Shown: one piece after another, positions 52,958 through 64,000 of the stretch
Layout: every line of letters begins with the position of its first letter
Position numbering within the stretch: position 1 is the first letter of the stretch
Origin: Sphyrna mokarran
Lineage: Eukaryota
Length of the DNA: 64,000 nucleotides
Direction of reading: 5' to 3'
NCBI GenBank assembly: GCA_024679065.1
Contig: JAGIQG010000009.1
Location: 99,386,001 to 99,450,000, forward strand
Notes under the pieces: generated by a model
What the model saw: only the letters and a program-made list of their open reading frames with translations
Database searches by the model: none
Told to the model about the DNA's origin: nothing
Translations under genes and position numbers: made by a program

Positions 52958-53215
52958 CTGTCAAAAAAAAGAATAAGGCAGTTTGTACAGTACATCAAAG
53001 AACATAGCATTTTGTGTTCACAACTATATTTTGATGCAAATGTGACGAATAAACCGAATGAGTCAAATAATTGGCCGGTGCCGTTTCTTTATGCTAAACT
53101 GTATAGTTGATCAGATAAACTAAGTACCTAAATTGATTTTGCGAGCATGTGGAATTTCTTATATTGCATTCTTCTTTCATACATTAAAAAGAAGAATACT
53201 TTATTTCTTTTTCAC

Positions 53216-53251
53216 CTTTCTCAAAGAGCATTGATTCAAGCGTGTTCATTT
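53216..53251 (-). CDS. Coiled-coil microexon gene, 36-nt exon, (E)MNTLESMLFEK (most 5' exon found)
   Basis: tctttgttttcag|AAATGAACACG...GAGAAAG|gtgaaa; phase 1-1, no stop, hydrophobic at positions 2/5/9. Confidence 0.85.
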
Positions 53252-54039
53252 CTGAAAACAAAGAACAGTTAGTGCATTTGAACTGTACTTGAATTTTGTC
53301 AGCAAATTTATATTATAACGCTGATTTAGTTTAAAGCATCTCCCTGAACAGAAATAAGTAACCTCCTGACAATGAAATTTTAAGGACCGTCAGTATGAGT
53401 ATGAAAAGTAATCTGCACAGCCAAAATGCTGTATTGGGTACAAAACGGAAATAAAAATAAACTTAGGAGACTGCATTGCGTGTTTGCACTAACAAAATAT
53501 CTTACATTTTAGATTCATTGAAAGGAGAGACATTTTATCTTGCCTGGTGGTCCTGCAACATGGTTCCGTGGTGTGAATCATGCGATCAAAGAACTTTAAA
53601 CTAAAGGAGCCAATTTGTCCTTTTGGTCCACCAGAAGTTAGACAAAATGATACTCTTGGTTCATGGCCTTGAGGCGAACTCTTGAAGTGCATGAAAATTA
53701 ATTCGATAGGTTCCGTAAACTCAAGTGTTCAAGCACGTTTTAAATGTTATGAAGTTATATTCATACATTACTCTTTCAGGCACAAGCTGCAGATACCCAC
53801 TCCTGTCTTGCCGCGGATAAAGGTACTCTTAGCCTCTTACCCCGAGTCATCAGTCTATATGTCAACGTTCTGCAGCCCTCATAAAAAAGAATAGCGCCTT
53901 CCTCTTCAAGCTATCAGAGCCACTTAGCGTTTTCTAAACATCAAACAGACCTCTTCGCAGCTTGGTCTTCTCCAATGAAGACACGTCCATTATTGTTAGA
54001 AAGACACCTAAGTTCATTGAATTATTAATCACAAGTAGA

Positions 54040-54310
54040 CTTACATCAACGCTGCAATGAAGTTACCGCGAAAATCACCTAGTTGCCACCCTCCAGCACC
54101 TGTTGAGGTATATTGGAAGAAAATTTAGCATGGCCAGTGCACCTGGCCAGCATATTTTTTGGACTGTGGAAGGAAACTGGAACTCCCTGAGGGAACTCAC
54201 GCAGACACGGGGAGAATGTAGAGACTCCACACAGACAGTGCCCTAAGCCGGGAATTGAACCCAGGTTCCCTAGTGCTGGGAACTGGCAGTGCTAAGCATT
54301 GTGCCACTGT
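54040..54310 (-). mobile_element. tRNA/V-domain SINE
   Basis: cacgcagacacggggagaatg, gggaattgaaccc (B box), cattgtgccac. Confidence 0.85.
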
Positions 54311-56344
54311 ACAGGCTTATACAATTGCACAGTGGGAATATGTCCAAAATTAAAGGGAGTAGCAATATACTATTCATGACAAAGTGATGCTGATTCCTTG
54401 GGGAGCCTCTTCTAAATGTTCTATATATTGCCATGGAGAGAAAACAAGAATTCTCCGCATGCTTTTATTTGATTAAAACAAAATGCAATGCGTGGACCTG
54501 ATCCTTTAGCCTGCAGAGCACAAGTCCCAGCCTATTAATATTTACATGTTTTAGCAATCATATGTGAAACACATTATGAGCCCGATTGATGACATTAAAT
54601 GGGCTCTTAGTGCAATTTCAGTTGGACGGTATGTCCTTAGTTTTGCGAACACGAGCTGGTTGGGTAGGTTCAGTATCGTACCTATTCCCACCACAAAAAG
54701 AGAAATGATATTTGGTACGATCCAGCAGTATTGGAACGTATTATCCAATTATCTGGCACTCCATTGGCATTGATTTTACCATTCCATGTTATTCCCTCAA
54801 GTCGGAGTTGATGGACTTCTTAAGTTGTTGGAAGCATCATGGCCGCTGAAAATCATACAGCATTGCGACCGCATGGATTGGCTTGTTTCGCATTATGTTT
54901 TAACCATACAAATTAATACGAGAGAAAATCCGTACATCTTTGGTTTGAGCGCGTCAGCCTTAGCTCCAGTCGTGAATTTGCCTGACTTACAGTATGCAAT
55001 GATCTGACTGGGTAGGCAAGATCCTGTAGAATAACTTTCATGCTTCTGGTTTCATCCTCAAGTTTGCACCGACTGACACTATTTTTTATAGAAGCATTTT
55101 GTAGAATGTGAAACTACAGGAAATCCAACATCTATGTTGAACAGTGAATGTCTGTTTACAGGAGACAATAGTAGTGAACCCATTAGGGAGTTTCTCAGCT
55201 AGTAATTCGAAGTATGAAAGCTCATTCTGCACAAAGCACAATAATGATAAATATCGTTAGGAGCAAACATATACATTGCATGAGAAAATGATGTTGGGAT
55301 AATTAGTAAATCTACTCCAATTGTTACCGCCGTTATCATGGTGAATAAATCAAGGGAGTATTATTCAATTTGCACTTGCTTAATTGAAAAATATGACTTT
55401 CCAGCTGGCGTGCGTTAAGTTGTGTGAAGAAATTGCTACCTCAATCTGACGGTTCAATTACAGCAAGCAAAATACTTTAAACTGGGGAATATGAAAGATC
55501 TAAGAATCGTTGATAATTTCAAAATCGCGAGTTTTAAGTTGATTATCATTTTATCGTTCGAATAAATATGTTTTAAGCATTTTCTGCTGATATTCATGGA
55601 AGACATTTTAATAAAAAAGACTAACCTGGTAGTTTTGGGAACAAGCCGGATCATTTTAATCACATTGACCACTTATGTTGCTACTTTAAGGAAACTGTGG
55701 ATCTGCAGCACGGATACCTCTGTATATTAAGGTTAAGGGTTCTTCTATTTGCAGCAGAATTTGATCCTCCAGAATGCACTACCTCGCATTGTTCCGATTA
55801 CATTCCATCTGCTATTTCTGTGCCCAAGTCTTCAAACTATTTACATACTGGCGTATCCTCTGACAACCAACTCCACCTTAGGGTCTGACAATTTGCGGGG
55901 ACTACCGGATCCTAAGATAGAAGAAAGGCAATGTCACTTTGAATATTAAGGGACTCTGGAAAAATAACAGAAGTATTAAAGCTGAATGTTCCAGTGAATA
56001 AAATCTGGCAGAAGTTTACTTCCTGGTTTTACAGGAGACGGCATTTTTTGATCCGAGAAAGGTGAGATAACCAGCAATATCTGGTTATTATTTAGGAAAA
56101 AAAAACCCCCTCCAGTTCAACGGTCACTGGGGGGGTGGGGGGGGGGGAAGATTGGACTACTGGAAACAATCCTCTGTCGGTATTGCTTGCAAGAGGAATT
56201 CAATTCGATTTCGCTAACTGAAGGAAGTGAATCATGGAGTTCCTATGCGTGGCGTTTTCAATACTTTGTACAAGCGAATTAAATTGCAGATTGATTTCTC
56301 ATGCCTCCTTCTCACGGTACAATAAGAAATAAAACGAAAGAAAA

Positions 56345-56520
56345 AAAATGCTGGAAAATTTCAGCAGATCTATCAGCAGCCGTAAGGAGAAAAATGAGCT
56401 GAAGCTTTGAGCCCAGATAACCCTTCTTCAGCTTTGACAAAGGGTAATCTGGGCTCGAATCGTCAGGTCCTCTCCCGTTACAGATGCTGCAAGTCTTGCT
56501 GAGATTTACCAGTATTTTCT
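56345..56520. mobile_element. Penelope-like tail-to-tail palindrome
   Basis: aaatgctggaaaat..cagcag..gagcccagataaccctt / aagggtaatctgggctc..tgctgagatttaccagtatttt. Confidence 0.7.
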
Positions 56521-56569
56521 CTTATGGTCTCACATTCCAGCATCCGTAGTAATTTGCTTTTATAAAAAG

Positions 56570-59500
56570 TAAAATCTTCACCTTGTTCGAAGCCAGCAAC
56601 CAAAACTTACCATGACTTGACAAAAATCCTTAAAGATCATTACTCTTCAATGCCACTGATAATTCTCGAACTGTTCAATTTCCATGGAAAGTATCAAATG
56701 GAAAGCGAGTGCATTGCTCAGTTTGTGGGAAACTGAAGTTTAAAATACTGGCACAACATAGTGAGTTTTTCGAGTCATTAGAAGATTCACTTAGAGATCG
56801 TTTCCATTGCAGTGTGCAAAATGAGGTTATCTAAAATGGAAACTGCGGACTAAACATGCTTTGACTTGAAATAAAACAATAGAAACCACAGGGCTGATGG
56901 AGCAGGCTGCTGAAGAGGCTGTAATTTTGGGTTTAGAGATGAAGATTCACAAGTTAGTAATTGCCTATGAAAGGCCAAAACGCCAGAAATCATGCCACAA
57001 ATGTGGCAAAATGGGTAGTACAGTTTTAAAATTTTGGGGCAATGATAACAATTGTAAGAAATTTGCAAAAAAGGTTACATTGCAGAAGTGCATTGAGCTA
57101 GACCAACTTTTCCTGCGAAGAGTAATCAGAAGAAAAATCTCTGTATGTTCAAGAAGAGAAACAAGTTGATTTTTACAAAAAGCTGTCTATAACATGGAAG
57201 AAACGGCTGTGAAGAAGAGCAATGACCATAAACAAGATGAAGAGTTCCAACTGTCATCTTGTCCATACAAGGTGAATCACATTGTCGTGGTTGGTTCAGA
57301 AGAAAAGTATAAAAATTGTTAAATTGGAAGTTGAAACTGATGTTGCTGTATATTTACTTTCTGACACTATCTACCAATAAAAGCTTAAACAACTCAGTTA
57401 AAACCAGCTGGCGTCATTGTAAGGAAATATAGAGAAGTAATCGTACCATGGTCAACACAATTGTCAATAAGTAAACGGAGAAGTTGGCTCTCCATGTGAT
57501 TATTTTCCATTTCTATTTGAAAGATCACGGTTGGAGAATTGAAACATTAACTGGAGCGTTTTCAACACTTTAGTCAATGCCAAAACAGACCTACATCACT
57601 TTCTGGATAAAATTGATTGTATTCAGAGATCACTTGTGTCACTGAAAGGAGTTCTAGGGAAACTTAAAATAAAGTAGTCGTTTTTGAAGAAGTCTCAGAG
57701 TAAGTGTGGCTCTATACGCAAAGTCTTCCCAAAATCGAAGAATAAATAATTGGGGTTGCTAATACTGCTATGCTCCTATCGGTTGTAAAGAGCAACTCGG
57801 TTACTCCCATCGTACTCATTATGGAACCAGACAGCGCGATTTTGTATTTATGATTCTTCTGAAATGGCCATAAATCTGGTGTTTTGTGTTGAACAATATC
57901 CACTTCCATTAATTGAAACATTGTTTGCCGATTGCAAAGACGCTCACTGATCTTTTCTGCGTACTGTTATGATAGAGTATCGGCAATCAGATTGCTGTGC
58001 TGATGCTGATACGTTCTTGCACTCACTTTTTCCTGATGAGCATAAGCCACTAACTAGTTTTGTTGATATATCTTAGCTTACGCTCATTGTCTTTTGACTG
58101 TGAAAGGTTCTCAAGTTCAGAAACACATCAGAAAAGATCTCGGGATGAGGAAGGTGATGGAAATGTTATTGAAAAAAACAAAATTTGCAATGCATCAGAC
58201 ACGTTCTGATTTTAAACATATGTGACATATACACCTAAGCTGACCTTGCAATGCGCGTGTTATTGAGGGGAATTTGAGTGATTATTCCTCATAGTTTGTG
58301 TGAAACTGTCTTTGAACATCCGGTACAGTGCATGTCAAGAAATGTATCAAGTAGTTATTCTGGCGTCTGGTTCTGGATATTCGGATTGAAGAAAATGTCA
58401 AACAGCGTCAATCCTGTATACTAATAAGTAATACACCACCATTGTCTTCTTTATAAAGTCCGGAGAGGCCTACAATGCCACGGCAAGATTGTACGTTGAA
58501 ACTGTTGGCCTGTTTAAGTCATGATTGAAGTACACTGAAATTGGCCTGTCTTTGCCTTTTCATCTACTGCATCTGAAAAATAGAAATAAAAACTTGACCG
58601 TTTTGCAAAATGTATTAAATTGGAAAAAAACGTTGATGATAATTGTTAGAAACGTTTCTTCAGAAGAAAAGCGGGCTCGATTTAAATGAGATTTCGAACA
58701 CAAAATAGAATCCATATAATCCATCAATCAATGGATTCACTGAAAGATTTATACAATTCTTGAAACATTATTAGAAAAATTCGAGACAGTACGGATTGCT
58801 ATCACATCACGTGAATAACCATTTGCTATCTTGCTGCAACATAACTCATGCGACAAATCAAACTTCACTCTGAATTATAATTTGAAAACCGTGTCTGATT
58901 TGCTATTAATTTCAGAAATACAGAAATAATTGGGCGCCAATAAAAAAACTCTCACGTTGTTAGACGAGAAGTGAAAGCAAACAACACATACACGTGGCCT
59001 ATTTGTGCCACGATTAAGCTGTGGATATCAACCACAATGTTTAGGAATAAAACGGACCTGATTTCTTAGCGGTTCAAAGTAAAGATGAACTAGTTTGGCG
59101 ACATCATGCTAACTGAGTGTTGTCATCTTGAAATTACTTCCCAGAATCATGTGCGGAAGTTTCAAATTCTTTAGCGTCCAGCGTTGCAAATAGTATAGTT
59201 GAAGAAGTGGTTTAATCTGAATTACATAATGTTTGTGCCTTGCTACTTTACCACGTTAGACTAATGCATAATTAGTTCCAAGAGAAGACGTGTTCAGTGA
59301 AGTTGAAAATTACACTTCTAGAGTGAAAGACAGCAATTTCCAGAATGTTGAAAAAGAGTAGACGTCCTGCTGTCGACTTTCTTAATGATTGCGTGTAATG
59401 ATTAATGGTGCATAGTTTCCAGAATATTACCAATCCTACATACATCGCGATAATAATTTGTTGGTATGACCGAAGCAGCAAAGGGCTGTGATGGTACATA

Positions 59501-59694
59501 TTTAACTGAAGAACTTGAAACTTCCCTTGATTGTTTTAGCGCCTGACCACAAGATTTGATGATGATGTCATTAGCGTGAAGCATACACTGTTATTTCAGT
59601 TTCGTTTTTGTATTCTGTATAAGAACATCTTTCAATAAACCTGTTGTTTGCTACTTTGAATATCTCCTCGAGATCTTTGCTTTTAATGCCAACA
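56570..59694 (+). mobile_element. Heavily decayed Gypsy/Ty3 LTR retrotransposon (gag-pol remnants, probable 3' LTR)
   Basis: gag-like KPATKTYHDLTKILKDHYS and SLEDSLRDRF, CHKCG knuckle remnant, integrase-like catcaatcaatgga..gaaagattt; AATAAA at about 59634. Confidence 0.8.
58964..59106 (+). repeat. Source copy of a 143-bp direct duplication (second copy 63026-63168)
   Basis: 4 mismatches in 143 bp by eye. Confidence 0.95.
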
Positions 59695-60413
59695 ACGATG
59701 AACATAGGTCATTACAATTGGTCATATAACCTAGTTCTCCAGTCCTTCTTCAAAACCAACAATGTGAATTACAGGAAACCTCCTCATAAGACGGATTTAT
59801 ATACCCCCCCCCCCCCGGAAATTGATTTACTTATCCATTTTCAGATGAAGAAATGCATACAATTATTGCTGTCCATCTTCAGACATAGTTGGACATACAC
59901 TACATTGTTCCTTTGCTCCTCCACCATTTCCAGTACTCGACCATTTATTCTGTGTCCACTGAGTTCCTAGAATTCCTAAAATGTATAGCATTATGCACCT
60001 CCAGGTTAAACTATATTTGCCAGTGTTCTGCAGAGCTGACTACTCCATTGACTTCCAACTGCTGGATCCATATTTTGTCTTCATTAGCAGCCACACTCCC
60101 AAATACATATGTCCTGAAAAACTATGATGAACACACTGACAATTTTGTCCAAATGTTTCAAAAATACCTGGTGCTGAGACCGGCCAAAGCTCACTAGAAA
60201 TGTTCATGTGGTCTAAATACCAATCTTCCATTCCTATTTATTTACAGTCTCTGATCCAAGTTGGATATGAACTTCAAGTTTCCCTTGGATAATACTGGCT
60301 TTTATTTTCGAGACAAATCATGGATCAGAGTGCATATCACCGTTCACACAATAGTCCATATCTCCTTAGTTCATTGCAGATTACTAAGGAAATCCAAGGT
60401 TCAATACAAACGT

Positions 60414-61003
60414 TGTAGGTAAAGATACCTCTGAGACGAATTGTGAGTCAAAGTACAGTAGTTTATTGAAAAGCTTTTGGGAGGCACACCTGTGACCTAA
60501 CAGCGTTTCCCCAAGGCGTCTCCCCGAACAAATTTTAAGAGAATATATTTATACCTCACCAAGTCATGTACACATCTCCTCATTCTCAGCAGGTTCCCAG
60601 GCTGTGGGTTGTCCTCCTTCATGGAAACATGGCTGCCTCAGCATTTCTTCGTGGTCATCTCAAGGTCACAATTGACGTGTGTGATTAGCCCTTAGCTAAC
60701 GTACAGGCTGACAAGACAAGTTAAAATTAACCAGCTGATATAACAAGCCAGCTCACAAGTTGTATAACATATAATATGTATAGCATGTTGGTACATGACA
60801 CATAAGCAGTATATAACGAATAAAATACATATTTAGGACACGCAAGCTTCACTGTGTTAGACGAAAGTCCATGTAATTAAAGGCACAAAAACTTAACGAC
60901 AGGCTGGGTCAGCTTCATTTCTGAGTGGGCTTATCATAAACTTGTGTACAACAGCAAAAACAGCTGCCGTCTCCCTGTCTGGGCACACGAAAGCAAAGTT
61001 ACA
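60414..61003 (-). mobile_element. Probable solo LTR
   Basis: TGTA...TACA termini, tttatt (AATAAA on the minus strand) at about 60462, tatatttata box; flanks share only CGT. Confidence 0.55.
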
Positions 61004-62030
61004 CGTATCTGAAATATATGAAAACTAGCTGCATGTAGGCTACTCAATACTTTTTCATTCTCCACCAAGTGTTACAAAGTTCATTAACTCATTCATTATT
61101 GCACAAACATGCACTCTGGAATAATGGGTATCGAAGACAGAGGTGCCAATGTTTTTAAATCACATGATTTAGAGATCTCGCTTGCTGTTTCCACATGCTT
61201 GTGTCTTGTGTTACCCTTAGTAGAATTTACATGATGATATTCAGTCAGTTTGGGTATGCAAATAAGGAAAATTCCTTGATCATAATGTGGTACAATTTGA
61301 ACACGGTGAATGTATACCATTTATTCGCTAATAAGGTATTGATGTTGCTGTCTATCCGTATGTTTCTTTGAAAATAATGGTATACCACAATACCTCAGAG
61401 TGCGGAAAGGAGTCAAACACATTTTGGTCTGTCTGAAGTTAGACCAACGCTCGATTTATTTCCCTAACGGACATGATAAACTAAAGGTCTTTTTCAAAAA
61501 CTGACCTTGGCATATGACTGCAGTCGAAATGTTTGTTTTTCAACTACGGATCATTAATTTGTTTTATACTCCACCAATTTTTTGGGATTTTGAGATTTAA
61601 GCACTTGTAGCCTTAGTATTAGCTTGAGCCTTCGGATTACAAACCCACCGGCAATTCCATAGAACAACTATGTTCCACCTATCCGCCCCATGTTCTATTA
61701 CTAACAAGGCATCCAAAGCATCCACGTATCTCATATGAATTGAGTATTCTGAGCGAAGCTAGTTATTATCCGCTCGAAAAAGCTATCTTTTACCTGAAGT
61801 AATAGCTTTTCTGAACGAATCCTTTACTGACATTCATTAATTGGGTCTTTTTTTAAATGAGGATTTCTTTTTATCATCGGCATACCTTTCAATATTTTTC
61901 ACCTCTAATAAGCGGAAACTGTTCCATCTATTTTCCATGTTTAACCTATAATTCTAAGTTAACTGCCATCGGGTCTCTCCTTCCACAACAGCGATTGATA
62001 CATTTCTGATAAACAATACACAAAGGGTTA

Positions 62031-62399
62031 AAGAACAAAGAACAAAGAGCAACACAGAACGGGAAACAGGCCTTTCGGCCCAACGAGCCCGCGCCGCCGT
62101 CCTAACGTCTTAATGACTTATAGGGACCAATATAAGGACAATTTGTTACCCAATCAGCCTAAGAGCACATTTTTGGGATGTGGGAGGAAACCGGAGCACC
62201 CGGAGAAAACCCACGCAACCACGAGGAGAACGCGCAAACTCCCGCAGACACAGGCCCAAATCCATGTGTCTGCACAGCAACAGCGATAGTCTCTGAGCTG
62301 TCATGTTGCCCATCAGATGGTCCAGTTTAAGCATACACTAACGACGTGAAGCACTAGGCCACTCCTGAAGCAACATCCAAGAGCAGCCCTCGCACGACC
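62031..62399 (-). mobile_element. V-domain SINE variant with extra 5' leader (copy 2)
   Basis: colinear with 7240-7654. Confidence 0.85.
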
Positions 62400-62444
62400 T
62401 GCCGAATGCATGGACTGAATAACCTGTGGAAACAAATAAGATAT

Positions 62445-62760
62445 TTAGACAGTCCTGCTATATCCCTCTATCTGCAGACCGCTCATGTGGCTGTCCAAGA
62501 GACCCTTAAACAACCCTAGCGTGCCTGTTCCCACCACCTTACTCGATAGTGCATTCCACACCCCCACTACCCTTTGTGTGAAAAACTGCCCTCTAATATT
62601 CGTCTTATACATAGCCCCCCTCACCCTGAGCCCGTGACCCCTCGTTCTATCCATTTCTAATGGTGGAAAAAGCTTACCACTATTTACTCTATCTATACCC
62701 CTCATAATCTTGTATACCTCTAATAGATCCCCTCTCAGCCGACGTCTTTCAAGGGAAAAC
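62445..62760 (-). mobile_element. Young CR1 ORF2 C-terminal fragment
   Basis: FSLERRRLRGDLLEVYKIMRG...FFTQRVVGVWNAL. Confidence 0.92.
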
Positions 62761-63261
62761 AAAGGGTTATGCATATTACGTGTGTAAATATCAATGAATT
62801 GTGCTACCTTTTATAATAGCACTGAATGCGTAACAGACTGGACTAATTGAACAACCTCATATTCTTCCCATTTTCTTGCCTCTCCACTGAATACTGGAAT
62901 TGATTATCATCGGCTGCGGTGTTTCTTCCCTAGTCTGCCTTAACAATCAAGAATGGTTGGGGGTCATTGATCTGTAAGGAACACAGATTCATCAGCCTTC
63001 AAGGATCTTAAACCCCTTTTCCGCAACGAGAAGTGAAAGCAAACAACACATACACGTGGCCTATTTGTGCCACGATTAAGACGTGGATATCAACCACAAT
63101 ATTTAGGAATAAAACGGACCTGATTTCTTAGCGGTTCAAACTAAAGATGAACTAGTTTGGCGACATCAGTATTGTATTTTCCATAAAAATCTCGCATCCT
63201 TATCCTAATTGCAATGGTTGTGACTTAACCTTTTTTTTGGGAAATATAGCTGCAAATGGCT

Positions 63262-64000
63262 CTAGCCATTTCAGAGACTTGGGTAGAGCAGGGACAGGAA
63301 TGGATGTTGCAGGTTCCGGGGTACAAATGCTTTAGTCGGAGTAGAGAAGGAGGTAGAAGGGGGGGAGGAGTGGCGTTATTGGTCAAAGACTGTATCACGG
63401 TGATAGAAAAGAAGTTTGATGAGGACTTGTCTGTTGAGGTAGTATGGGCTGAGATTAGAAACAGGAGAGGAGAGGTCACCCTGTTGGGAGTCTTTTACAG
63501 ACCTCCTAATAGTTCTAGAGAGGTTGAGGAAAGGATTGCGAAGTCAATTCTGATTAGGAGTGAAAGTAGTAGGGTAATTGTGATGGGGGACTTTAACTTT
63601 GCTAATATTGATTGGAATAGCTATAGCTCTAGCTCGTTAGAGGGGTCAGTTTTCGTACAGAGTGTGCAGGAAGGTTTTTTGACTCAGTATGTAGATAGGC
63701 CAACTAGAGGTGAGGCTACATTGGATTTGGTGCTGGGCAATGAGCCAGACCAGGTGTTAGGCTTGGAAGTTAGTGAACATTTTGGTGATAGTGACCACAA
63801 TTCGGTTACGTTCACCTTAGTGATGGACAGGGATAGGCATGAAGCTGGGGGCTGTAGTTATAGCTGGGGGAAGGGTAATTATGAGGCCATCAGGAGAGAA
63901 TTAGGGTGCATAGATTGGACTAGGGAACTACAGGGACTGGGAACATCTGGAATGTGGTGCTTATTCAAGGAGCAGCTGCTGCGAGTCCTTGATAAGTATG
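63262..64000 (+). mobile_element. Young CR1 LINE ORF2, APE endonuclease domain, open to the window end
   Basis: AISETW, GGGVALLVK, GVFYRPP, VMGDFN, LDLVL, FGDSDH; no stop from 63250 to 64000 (absent from the ORF track because it runs off the end). Confidence 0.95.

Noticed and set aside
865-53251. Naming the gene as triadin, BG/butyrophilin or TSBP1
   Set aside because: Only the microexon architecture is similar. I recognised no sequence match or diagnostic domain in the window.
55718-55955. Possible upstream exons 55718-55744 (EEPLTLIYR) and 55938-55955 (ESLNIQ)
   Set aside because: Each has at least one weak splice site and does not match the exon classes.
194-63479. ORF-track ORFs as standalone genes
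   Set aside because: They are short, have no recognisable domains, or are SINE/CR1/Rex/Gypsy translations. The host coding signal is in microexons.

Overview
AT-rich vertebrate genomic DNA with a repeat landscape typical of a cartilaginous fish (shark): CR1 LINEs, tRNA/V-domain SINEs, Rex1/Babar, Penelope-like palindromes, solo LTRs and a decayed Gypsy. The ORF track is essentially noise or transposon remnants. The main signal is a minus-strand gene that the ORF track cannot see. I found 21 symmetric phase-1 microexons (24, 27, 36 or 42 nt) between about 53.3 kb and 0.86 kb, each with AG/GT splice sites. They join in frame without stops into about 213 aa of heptad coiled coil, and the basic unit is 36+27 nt = 21 aa = 3 heptads. 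Neither start nor stop codon was found in the window and I cannot name the gene. Other notable items are three locally templated 120-145 bp duplications, one of which forms a near-perfect 134-bp hairpin around a microexon, and a V-SINE variant with an extra 5' leader. All analysis was by eye, so repeat boundaries are approximate and some exons may have been missed.
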